DNA of 63,143 nt, filler included. It is 9 parts of 9 records of this genome, joined end to end, with 100 filler letters (N's around TTAATTAATTAA, not from the genome) between each part and the next. Parts side by side here need not be neighbours in the genome. Positions count along the whole stretch, not along the records: positions 1 to 6,667 come from SRR15195285_1712; positions 6,768 to 17,426 come from SRR15195285_1713; 7 more parts are not named here. One strand, 5' to 3'. A model generated the notes under the pieces. The model saw only the letters and a list, made by a program, of their open reading frames with translations. It searched no databases and was not told where the DNA came from. Numbering within the stretch: position 1 is the stretch's first letter; the number at the start of each line of letters is the position of its first letter. Position numbers and translations under genes: made by a program. Shown piece after piece: positions 1 through 9,700 of this stretch.

Positions 1-896
1 ATGTGCATCGGTGCGTACGAGGAATGGTAGGCGCAGAAAGGAACGTTGAGGTCCATGTCGTCGTTGCCGTGGTTTGTCACCTTCATGAAGACCTCGCCAC
101 GCTGCGTGAACAGTCCGTCCATTGGCACGGATCCTTGCTCGTTGGCCGCCCGCATCTTGATGTCCGTGAGGTTGGTCGTGAGCACGATCGCGTCAATATT
201 GCGGTCAGCTAGCGGAGCGAGACCGGGTTTGGAAGTGGTGTTGGTGATGCTGACCTCAAAAGTTGCGCTGCCCGCTGCCAGGGGCACAGGGTAGTATTCC
301 CAGACCCAGTTTTCAGTGGCTCCCCAGGTCCAATGGCACTCGGGTGTCGGGTCGCCGGGGCACCCAGCGATGTCGTGGTTGCGCTCGGAGTAGCCGAACG
401 ACCACATCTTCGGCGAAGCACGCTGTCCGTACAGCTTTGTGAATTTCGTCGCAGAACCCTGCTTGACTGTGAGCGTGAACTCCGTCTCGAAGCGGTAGGC
501 AGCCTCATACCGCACTCCCACGTAGTACGTGGCAGCTTTCGGGATCCCGACTGGTGGGGAGGTGGCGGTGCCAACGGAGTTGTTGGTCGAGTGCAGCAGC
601 GCTTTCCGGTGGGCGAAGGTGTTCTCGAACGTGGCGCCGTAGTAGTGGTCACGCCCCCATTCCGTCACGTTGAATGGTGGTGGCATCCCAGGCGGCGCGG
701 CGATTGTGAAGTTCTCCGCCTCGGTGTAGATCGCACCCATCAGCCCGCCATCGCCCGGCACCGGCGGCGGGTCGAGCGACACGAACTCCCCCGCGGTGTT
801 CCATGGAGACTGCGCGTACACATCGGGCGATCTGGAGCCGAGCGCCCGCCCAGTACACGCCGCCAGCAAGGCGGTGCGTGCGACTGCGAGCAGCAT
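1..896 (-). CDS. Secreted hypothetical protein, bacterial (PVC)-like; 3'-truncated at window edge and absent from the ORF track
   Basis: Manual translation from ATG at 896 stays open to base 1: MLLAVARTALLAACTGRALGS (signal-like)...IYTEAENF...WGRDHYYGATFENTFAHRKALL...VRYEAAYRFETEF...KLYGQRASPKMWSFG...WTWGATENWVWE...DRNIDAIVLT...PMDGLFTQRGEVFMKV. 298 codons with no stop. Confidence 0.75.
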   Translation of the reverse strand, partial: MLLAVARTALLAACTGRALGSRSPDVYAQSPWNTAGEFVSLDPPPVPGDGGLMGAIYTEAENFTIAAPPGMPPPFNVTEWGRDHYYGATFENTFAHRKALLHSTNNSVGTATSPPVGIPKAATYYVGVRYEAAYRFETEFTLTVKQGSATKFTKLYGQRASPKMWSFGYSERNHDIAGCPGDPTPECHWTWGATENWVWEYYPVPLAAGSATFEVSITNTTSKPGLAPLADRNIDAIVLTTNLTDIKMRAANEQGSVPMDGLFTQRGEVFMKVTNHGNDDMDLNVPFCAYHSSYAPMH

Positions 897-1380
897 CAGC
901 CGCGGTGCACGCGTTCACGCAACGCTGCGCATGATCGGCGTGCGTGCGCTCGCGAGCGACCTTTAAAAAAAACCTACGCATAGGCATGCCTCATGCACCG
1001 ACCTCCGCGACTCCCCGGGTTCCGGGCAGGACGCGGATCCGGCCGGGGGATTGGAGGTATACGCGGGATAGCATCAAGCTTGCAGAGTGCCAGATTCGGA
1101 ATAATCAGAATCACATTGCATTCCCATAAAGACTCGGTCGCGACCGCGCGGGAAGTTGTCAGTCCCCGGCGCGGGGGGGGACGGATCGCCGGACTTGAAG
1201 GCAAATTTTGATTCTCCATCCCTAGCTAGGAATTCCTAGGAAGTTCCTAGCCGCTTGAGAACTCACGAGCCGCCGCTCGTGAGCATCGCATGCATGCTCG
1301 TGAGCATGCATGCTCGCGAGGTGGTGGGGCTGGCGCGGCGTAAGGGCGTGGTGGGCGCGTCCACGCAGCGCATCTCGGTG

Positions 1381-1711
1381 CAGTTGTCTCAACTTTTGCT
1401 TCGTTGGTGTCGCAATACACGCAATGTTCATTTGCTGCGGGGTGTGCTGTCAGTGCCAGCACGTTTGGTGACGGCAGCGGCGGAGCGTCAGCGTCATGAC
1501 CAACCGGTGAAGGTAGCGTGTGCAACTTCATTGGGGTTCTATGATGTGACGGGCGGCGATGCGCTAGATTTCTTGCGCAGTGTCTTATACGCTATTTTGC
1601 CTCCGGATTTTGTTCGCGCATATGACCAGATCCGGTTGGATGCGAAGGTGGGTGGGCACGGTCTGCGGGCGTGGTCTTTGCACGCGGATGCAGCTTTTGT
1701 AAGGCAATGGG
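1381..1711 (+). mobile_element. Degenerate fragment of a non-LTR retrotransposon (CRE-like) RT thumb/domain X
   Basis: Translation QLLLRWCRNTRNVHLLRGV...AYDQIRLDAKVGGHGLRAWSLHADAAFVRQW matches the LLLRxC..R..HLLR / Q..L....GGLGLR....A.AAF..W pattern that follows the RT domain in RLE-type LINEs. No RT core (YxDD) is visible. Confidence 0.55.
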
Positions 1712-1952
1712 CCTTGACGGTACAGTCGGCACAGATACGTGAGTTAGATACTAGGAATGATCACTTGGTTTTAAGCATGTGCGTGACATTCAACTTGACT
1801 ACCCTGACCCGCTTGAAGTGGCTGGAATAAGAGCACCTTTGTGGCCACTGAACGTGTCAATGCCAATGTACTTTACATTTTCGTGTGGCGAGCGCCGTAC
1901 ATGCAGTTCCAAACCCGGTTGCCATCGCCCAATCTCGTCGCGTTCAGCTAAA

Positions 1953-4900
1953 TCACCGATCTCTGCGAGCCGTGAGCACCAACTGAGTATCTTCAAGTCG
2001 CTGAAGGTGCCTGTCTACGACGTCGGCACCAAGCAGACTCCACCCCGTGCAGTCCGATCGCCAATACTCACACTGATTGCGCAAGCGTTCCATCGTATGT
2101 GGTGCTGTGAAAGGCGACTCAGCTGGCAGTCCGTGCTCGAACCATGGCGCAAGAGAATACAGTGGATTCGAGTCGTCCAGCTTTGAAAAAATCTCGAAGA
2201 ACTCTTGGTGTGTAGCGCAGCGACGTAGCTGCACGCCTCTGCCTTCTAGTGCATCGAAGAAGACAGAGATCGGTGTACAGCCTGCAGCGTTCAAGAGATG
2301 GTAGATGGTTGGGCTGCCAGAGTCCGTGCAGGCGATCTCATGTTGTTGCAAGAAAAACAGATCTACCATCGCGCGAGCCACAATGTCAACCGGGGCTAGA
2401 TTCACCGACGGGGTTGCAACGGACACTGGTGGAGCTGCAGCCGCCTGTGCCACACCAACAAGCAATTTGTGAAACCAGCCATTCGAGTTCGCGACTCCAG
2501 AACAGGTGCTAAACGAGACATATCCAATCCGGTGGATGCAGACCGGGATGCGCCACCGGCAGTGGAGCGCAGCTCGCGATACCAGCTTCTCGCATACCCA
2601 CTTTGACTGTGAATAGCCCTCCGACTGCAGCACTCCTGACGCCGCTGCATTCACACCAATAGGAAAGCTCTCGTCGATGCCTCTACTTTCCTGCGTGCCA
2701 CGATCACCAAATACGCTCAACGTTGAGGCATGATGCAGAACCTTTCGGGGAGTTGACGCTGCACACAGTCGCAATACTGTGACAGTGCCAACGACATTGA
2801 CCCGTGCCTCCGCATATTCATCCCAGAACGCGACTTGCGCTGCAAGATGAACAACGGTGCGCACGTGAGAGCACAGCTCCGCCCATGCAGGTTCGTCCAG
2901 CCCGAAGTGATCCTCATTCATGGAACCAGAAACAACCTGCACTCGTGTTGACCAGCATGCCTCATCCACAGAAAGCAAATACTGGGTGGTGACGACATTC
3001 CTTAATCGCTGCAAACCTGCAGGCGCGTCTTTGCAGCGGACCAAACATCTGATCTTCCACTGACATCCACATTCTGAGCTCAGCCTCAGTAGTTCTGCCA
3101 AAAAGTGCGCTCCCACATATCCAGTAGCCCCAGTCAAAAAAACATCTGTTGCTGCTGTCGCATCGTACTTCTCAGCTGTGCTTTCCTGCAACTCGGGAAG
3201 TACACAGTCACGATCCATCTGGGATGATAAGCTATCGAGCTTTGCCTGCTTCCACGTAGAGAGCATGCTGCCAGTGATGTTGCCTTGCAATACAGTAGCT
3301 AGCTCTCTCAAAGGCTTGTGCAGAGTCACTGAGTTTGACAATGACGTGGCAACAGCATTCAGCCCTCCAATTTTCGTTTTGAACAACATACTCTTGACGC
3401 TATCAGCACCAAGTTCGGCAAATGAATGAGACAGCAGCTCATCGCGGCAAATCGATGAATCCAGTCCAAGTACACTGACAACAAGATCGTGGAGGCGTCC
3501 TTCCATCGATGTGTCAGTCGCAGATCCATTCTCCACGTTGCGCACATCAGCGCTCACGGGTTCGGTTGCTTCTGCACCTGTGGCACCAGCAGAGAGCATC
3601 ATATCGATGGCGTCTCGGTACCGATCCCGGAGTGTGATGCGGTTTGGCTTCTCGCTTGGCGTTAGTAGCAGATTGTCTATGGACCAGTCATCTGGGCTCA
3701 AGTCAAGATAGATCGCAGACGGCACTTCAGCAGGCCGGAGGTTGTGCATACTTGCTGTCGCCCGCATTTGCTGGAAAATTGTGTCGCGAAACTGCTCAAC
3801 AATCTTCTGGTCACAGTCTCCTGCATTAATCACGCCCACGCGGGCTAGAGCACTGTCAGCAGGGCGAATGACAGCAACCACCCTCGGAGCTAATCCACTA
3901 GCCTCAACAAAAATCCTCAGAATATCATCGCACTCATCGTATATCGTTTCGATTTTGGTCGGACTGACAAACTCTCCTGTCGCAAGCTTCAACTGGTCCT
4001 TGCACCGCCCAATGATGCGAAGCACACCTTCAGGCTGCAGCTCAACAACGTCTCCAGTGTGATAATAACCATCGGCGTCCCACGCGGCTCGAGTTTTATC
4101 GGCCGCATGGTAATATTCTGCGCCGATGCAGTCTGGGGTCTTAACTAGTGCCTCGCCCCTTGGGTACGGCAGATCACTGACGAGATATCCAAGTTCAGGC
4201 ATCGATACCAGCTTGAAATGGCATGGTTTGTCTGGCCCACCATCACGAAAGCGCTCGTCAAGGCGGCCGTTCGTTGCAATGTTACCAACTTCGGTACAGC
4301 CATAGTTCACACCAACCAGAGCGCCGTCAGTACCAATATTGAAAATCCTCCTCATCCAATCGAGAACCGCTGGGCTGATGGGAGCACCTCCGGTGCCCAC
4401 TATCTCGCAGCGCCCTCCCAGCGCGCCCCTGTAGCGTTTTTCGATCTGATCTCTGGTTTGCTGGTCGCTAGTCGCTTTGATTTCGTCACTGTATGCAGAG
4501 AACAGGGTATTGAAATAGATAGGCGGTGCGGAGAAAATCGTCGGTCGAAGTGATAGCAGGCCGGCCTCCAGGTCGGACGACTCAATAAACCCTGTCTGTC
4601 CACCAGTCATCATCAAGCCATAGACTCCCAGCCGATCTGCCATCAAGCTGGCGGGTGTGAAGGAGAGCTGAACGCATGGGCCCGACTCTGGCTGTGACAC
4701 GATTTCCCGAATCCACCGACGTTCTAAAACGACAACAGCCTTGGAGCGCCCTGTGGATCCCGAGGTAAGCATCATGGTGTAGACGCGTCGATCTAATTGA
4801 GTAGTACATGTGGCAGCATGCCCTTCAAAGAACTCCGCCTCCAACGAACTGATTGGAGCATGGCCAACCTGCGCCACTTCAGCTAGTGTGCATATCTGGG

Positions 4901-6527
4901 TGTGCATCTGTGCCATCTCTTTGTGCTCCGACAGAGCTGCCTGAGTTATCACCTGGCCAACCGTGCTGTGGCCGTCTACAGACTTTTCCTCGGCATCAAA
5001 GCATACGACCACGCAATCACTCGTATGCATTGCAACAGCATCGACGCACATCTTCAGGTACTTTGCGCTCACAAATATAATCCCGATTTCCAACTCTTCA
5101 AGAGCCTGTCGTATATCATCCAACGACCACGACAAATGCAGCCCGACCGTGGTACGATCGGCGAGCACAGCAGCCATGTCCGCATAATACCACTCCGGCC
5201 TGTTCTCACTCAAAATCCCGACTCGCGAGCCTGGCGGGGCAGACAGCACATGCTGAACCCGGGCGTGCAGAGTTCGTAGTAGGCCGCGGCCGATGTACTC
5301 TGCCTGCTGCAATGCATGTGCGTACGTCACAAACTCCCACCCGGCCATATCAATATCTAAGACACTGGTGCCTGGCACTGCCTCATACAGCGTTTGATCA
5401 CCAGTTGTACCAAGTGTGTGCGCGTGCAAGCGTGGCACGCCGAACAGTGGCCTCGGTCCAAAGGTACTGCAAGCTGACCGGATCAACTCTCTGAAGGTGT
5501 CGGTAGAGCTGGTACATCGGATGTACTGAAACACTGGGTGGTCGTGCTCTGGCACGACAAGATCCAATATTTTGCGATCGTGCGTTAGCAGCATATCTAC
5601 AGCACTCTGCGCGCCTGGGATGCCTTGTTTTAGGCCATTGTGGACGACGCTCCTGATCGCACAAAGCAACTGGTGTGCTGGTGCAGACCTGTCGGCGTCT
5701 TCACTTGAAAGGGAGTGGTATCGCATCCGTCCCTGGCCATGCCCACCATTCTGAAGAACGAGGCCTGTTAGGTAGCAGCGACTCTCCCAAATGCTTCGCC
5801 CGTCTTTGTCTGTGATGTCGCCACCTTCGAGTGTGACCATGTTGTCTGCCTCGTCCTGCTCGGATCGCACGAGGGTGTACTCAATCTCGAACGGGCGCGG
5901 GCGGCCGTACTGGGCGAGCGTGTACTCGCTAATCGACTCGACCGCAAGGCGAAAGTCATCTCGAGCTTGCTCCCACAAGCGAGCGTCCTCTGAAGACGCC
6001 GCTTCTTGCTGCAGCGATGCCTCGAGATCAGCCATCTCGCGCCGCCCAGAGGCGAGCCCTTCGATGAGTCGCTTTGCCGTCAGCTCCACAGTGCCCGATT
6101 GTGGGTGGTCGGCCACTAGAGCAGCCTGCAGCTCCCGCAGGTGGGCCCAGTGTCTGTCTAGCACGCGGTTCGCTGCGTTTTTCAACAGTGCACTCGCCCC
6201 ACCCTGTGCGTCGGCCTCACGCTCTGCGGCTCGCACACTCGTGGCATCCATGAGCGTCGAGGCAGCACGGGCGTAGTCGTTAAGGGTCTTGTACCGCCGC
6301 ATCAGCTCATCATCAGACTCCATGAGCTGTTCAAACTCGCCCATTGTCAGCATCTCAGCGCGTTCTGCGGTTGCCGTTCTGGACTTGACCCGCACCAACC
6401 CGCGCGCTGGCCGTGGCGACAGCGACGTGACTGTGTTGCTGCTGTCGAGACCGGGAGGCGTGCTCTGGGCGCCGCCTCGCTTGCTGAGCGAACGGGCGAG
6501 CCCAGCAGCTGCATCGTCCCCCTCCAT
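1953..6527 (-). CDS. Carboxylic acid reductase-like NRPS-type enzyme (adenylation-thiolation-reductase) with N-terminal extension
   Basis: A domain: LTSGSTGRSK, YGCTEVG, KLVSMPELGY...PYPRGEALVK, YYHTGDVV, KLATGEFVSP. Carrier Ser: LGADSV. R domain: FLTGATGYVG, VVHLAA, GYSQSKW. The ORF is intronless; the start is either Met42 (6527) or 6650. Confidence 0.9.
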   Translation of the reverse strand: MEGDDAAAGLARSLSKRGGAQSTPPGLDSSNTVTSLSPRPARGLVRVKSRTATAERAEMLTMGEFEQLMESDDELMRRYKTLNDYARAASTLMDATSVRAAEREADAQGGASALLKNAANRVLDRHWAHLRELQAALVADHPQSGTVELTAKRLIEGLASGRREMADLEASLQQEAASSEDARLWEQARDDFRLAVESISEYTLAQYGRPRPFEIEYTLVRSEQDEADNMVTLEGGDITDKDGRSIWESRCYLTGLVLQNGGHGQGRMRYHSLSSEDADRSAPAHQLLCAIRSVVHNGLKQGIPGAQSAVDMLLTHDRKILDLVVPEHDHPVFQYIRCTSSTDTFRELIRSACSTFGPRPLFGVPRLHAHTLGTTGDQTLYEAVPGTSVLDIDMAGWEFVTYAHALQQAEYIGRGLLRTLHARVQHVLSAPPGSRVGILSENRPEWYYADMAAVLADRTTVGLHLSWSLDDIRQALEELEIGIIFVSAKYLKMCVDAVAMHTSDCVVVCFDAEEKSVDGHSTVGQVITQAALSEHKEMAQMHTQICTLAEVAQVGHAPISSLEAEFFEGHAATCTTQLDRRVYTMMLTSGSTGRSKAVVVLERRWIREIVSQPESGPCVQLSFTPASLMADRLGVYGLMMTGGQTGFIESSDLEAGLLSLRPTIFSAPPIYFNTLFSAYSDEIKATSDQQTRDQIEKRYRGALGGRCEIVGTGGAPISPAVLDWMRRIFNIGTDGALVGVNYGCTEVGNIATNGRLDERFRDGGPDKPCHFKLVSMPELGYLVSDLPYPRGEALVKTPDCIGAEYYHAADKTRAAWDADGYYHTGDVVELQPEGVLRIIGRCKDQLKLATGEFVSPTKIETIYDECDDILRIFVEASGLAPRVVAVIRPADSALARVGVINAGDCDQKIVEQFRDTIFQQMRATASMHNLRPAEVPSAIYLDLSPDDWSIDNLLLTPSEKPNRITLRDRYRDAIDMMLSAGATGAEATEPVSADVRNVENGSATDTSMEGRLHDLVVSVLGLDSSICRDELLSHSFAELGADSVKSMLFKTKIGGLNAVATSLSNSVTLHKPLRELATVLQGNITGSMLSTWKQAKLDSLSSQMDRDCVLPELQESTAEKYDATAATDVFLTGATGYVGAHFLAELLRLSSECGCQWKIRCLVRCKDAPAGLQRLRNVVTTQYLLSVDEACWSTRVQVVSGSMNEDHFGLDEPAWAELCSHVRTVVHLAAQVAFWDEYAEARVNVVGTVTVLRLCAASTPRKVLHHASTLSVFGDRGTQESRGIDESFPIGVNAAASGVLQSEGYSQSKWVCEKLVSRAALHCRWRIPVCIHRIGYVSFSTCSGVANSNGWFHKLLVGVAQAAAAPPVSVATPSVNLAPVDIVARAMVDLFFLQQHEIACTDSGSPTIYHLLNAAGCTPISVFFDALEGRGVQLRRCATHQEFFEIFSKLDDSNPLYSLAPWFEHGLPAESPFTAPHTMERLRNQCEYWRSDCTGWSLLGADVVDRHLQRLEDTQLVLTARRDR

Positions 6528-6667
6528 CGCCGCGAGTGCCGGTGCGCGCCGGGTGGACGCGTTTCTGGCTCTATATCTCCTCTCGCGGCGTGCATATGCG
6601 CGCGCGCTTTTCGACCTCTCTGCGTATGCACGTCCCTCTGCCGATTGCATGTTAAGTGACGCCGGCA

Positions 6668-6767
6668 NNNNNNNNNNNNNNNNNNNNNNNNNNNNNNNNN
6701 NNNNNNNNNNNTTAATTAATTAANNNNNNNNNNNNNNNNNNNNNNNNNNNNNNNNNNNNNNNNNNNN
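6668..6767. other. Artificial contig spacer
   Basis: N44-TTAATTAATTAA-N44 (stops in all six frames). Confidence 0.99.
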
Positions 6768-9700
6768 TCTGGCTCTGGCTCTGGCTCTAGCTCTGGCACA
6801 CCCTCCTCGACTAACGAGGTCTCAGCAGCAGGACTACCACTGTAGCCAGGCTGCACGGAGCGAATGAACGCGCCCAGCTGGCTCGGTAGGTCTGCGTCGT
6901 CGTCCTCGATGTCGTCGTCACTCTCTGCCGGAGCATCAGCATACATCATCTCCGCGACCTGCTGGAAGCTACTCGCCACATCATCGGCGTTGTCCGCGCC
7001 GAAGGTCATGCAGTTATCGCCGCATGCTTTCTGCATTAGCTCTGTGTTGGCATCAAACGTCCGCCACAACTCGCTCCCTGGGTTCCAGCCGGACGCCTGC
7101 TTAGAGTTGATGAGCATGAACTTTAGCCGCGGCATCCGTTCCAGTGTCTCGACCACCTTGCGCGCGTTGTGTCGGGCACACTCCGTCCGAGCTTGGCGCC
7201 CAGCCACTAGGTCAGACTCCTGTACGTTAAACTGGAATGCCGTTACATCAGAGCTAGGTCCCGTGCCGTGGCAGGTACCTTCGAACACCTTCAACCCATG
7301 CACAACGCCCTCTGCACCGGGGACTGGGTTGGCGATCGGAACATTGCTCCGCATAACACACTTGAAAGGCTTGGAGTCACAGCCAGAGTGGTTCCGCACG
7401 AAGCAGCGATACTGCCCAGGCACCAAACGATCGAAGAATACGTTCTCAACTGGCTTCGGCGCAGATGCCTGCATGTCAACATCGAGAAAGCCTCGGCCAC
7501 TTTGTTTGTCTCCTGGTTGACCGTAATAGATCTCTGGGGCGCCAGGGACTTGGACGTACAGGTCGAGGTCAGTCGGTGGTTCTTGGTCCCACATCAACGA
7601 GATGGTCAGATCCTCGCCCGTTCGCGCACCAGCTTCTGAAAGCCGTTGTTTCATATCTGCACTCATGCTCTGTGCATCGTTGGACAGCTGTAGGTCGACC
7701 GTGTCTGACAAGACGATCAGCCACGGTGTGGTGTATGCCTTCTTTAGCTCCTCGAGGCACTCGGTCATGCTCGTGTACAGGGAGGGGCTGCCGCTCAGCT
7801 TCTCGGCTTTCCTGATCTTCCGCAGCAACGAACGCTCATTCCCACCTTTTCTCGTCAGCGGGAAGACCCACCCAGTACCAACGGAGTACAGACCCACCTC
7901 GTCCCGCACACCAATCATCTCCTCGAACTGCTGGGCCACCGCATCAATCGCAGTTTTCAGAATTGGCTTCCAGGTCCGGTCGATGAGGAAGACAACCGAT
8001 TTGGCGGGACCCCCAGCCGCCGCAACTGCACCGCAGACGCCTGAGGTCAACGATTCCAGCGCTTTGCTTCGGCGCCGTGGATCCTGCTGGTGTACCAGAT
8101 TGTCTACGAATTCCATCGACCTGTCATGTGCATCCTTTGCACTCTTCACGTCCTGGGTACGGGTCTCTGCGAGCCCAGCAGAGAACTCCTGCCGCCTGCG
8201 GTCCAGAAAGCTGTAGATGTCATTGCGCTGCACGTGCTCGTCTACTTCTTGTCGAGTAATGTTGAAGCTCAGATCAAGGTCGGTCGCATTCAAAACCAGC
8301 GAGAAGGAACCAGACCTGTCTTGGCGTGCGGTGCGTCCCATGATCTGAATCTCCTCGCTCTTCTCAAGCGACAGGAACGTCTGTATCACATGGACACCCC
8401 CGACGTCCTCAACACCCGTTTGCGTAGCCTGAAAATCGATCCCTCTTCCAAAGACGGCAGGGAACAATGTGACGCGTCCAGGGTAGCAAGCCTGTCGGAT
8501 CCTCTGGTCCACAATGGTCTGGTGCCCTGGTGTTGAGCCAGTCTTGACGTCGAAGAGCATGTTTTGGCCGTGCTCGTCGACGAACACGTCGGGGTAGTCA
8601 CTCTCAGCTAGCCACTGCAGCCAGATCTGCAGCTTCTCCTCGGTCTCGAAGAAGACGAGGACAGGGCGTCCCTTCGCAACCTCCTTTTGGATGCTTGCCT
8701 GGATCTTGAGATTGTACTGCTGGACCTCTGTCTCGACGTAAACATGGTCCTTTGTGGCAAACTTGATCTTGTTCTTCCCAAACATCGACGGCATTTCGCT
8801 AGTCTCTGTGATGCCATAGTCGTCGCGGATGATCTCGTTCTCAAATTTACCGAGACAGCGGAGAGTGCCCGTAACACCCAAGATGTAGCGGTACGGTGCC
8901 GGTGCTGAGGGGCCCGTCTTGGCCATCTCCGCATACGAAAAGCTGCCACACGGGATGATCATGCCCATGTAGTCCTCCACCGCCATCTCTGGGTCTGATG
9001 CCTTCTCCTTCATCGCCGCAAACAGCGTCTGGTAGCGCACACGCTGTGTTGTCACGACACGCTCTTGCTGCTGGTACCCGATGTGGTGGTTGCAGTCTTG
9101 CGTCTCATACGGCTTCATGGTGTTTGTGTTGACCTTGTGCGCATCCTCGATCATTGCTGTAATCTCCTTCTTACACAGACTGTTCAGGTGCGGATACTGC
9201 CGGACCAGCGACTCGAACGCCTCAAGGCGGAAAATTTGGCTGTGCAATGCATCCCTCTTCGTTTCTTCGCAGTCGGCACGGTGCTGCCAGATGTACCTCT
9301 GCACGTCCTGCAACTGCGGCGGGTTGAACTTCGCAGCCGGGTTGTAGGTCGCACCATAGAAGTCTTCCGAAAAGAACACGTCCACCTCGTCGATTAACAG
9401 GATCTTCGTCGGATAGGCATCGAGCTCGCGTGTGGAACCATTGAAAGACTGGTTGACGAGCTGCTGGGCCAGCTCCCGCACCTTGCCCCTGGCGTTGATC
9501 GATCTCTCCGCGAGCTGCTGGAACGTGCCGTACCGTACCCTGTCAGTGACGCTGAATGCATGGAAGACCTTCTTAAAGGAGGCGTAGTCTCGCTTGGACA
9601 AGGTCGCTTGGTAGCTCACACAGTCGACCTCGCACCCTAGTACAGCCAAGAATGTTGCAAGGACCCCCAGTAGCACCGACTTCCCTTCGCCTGTGCCCAC

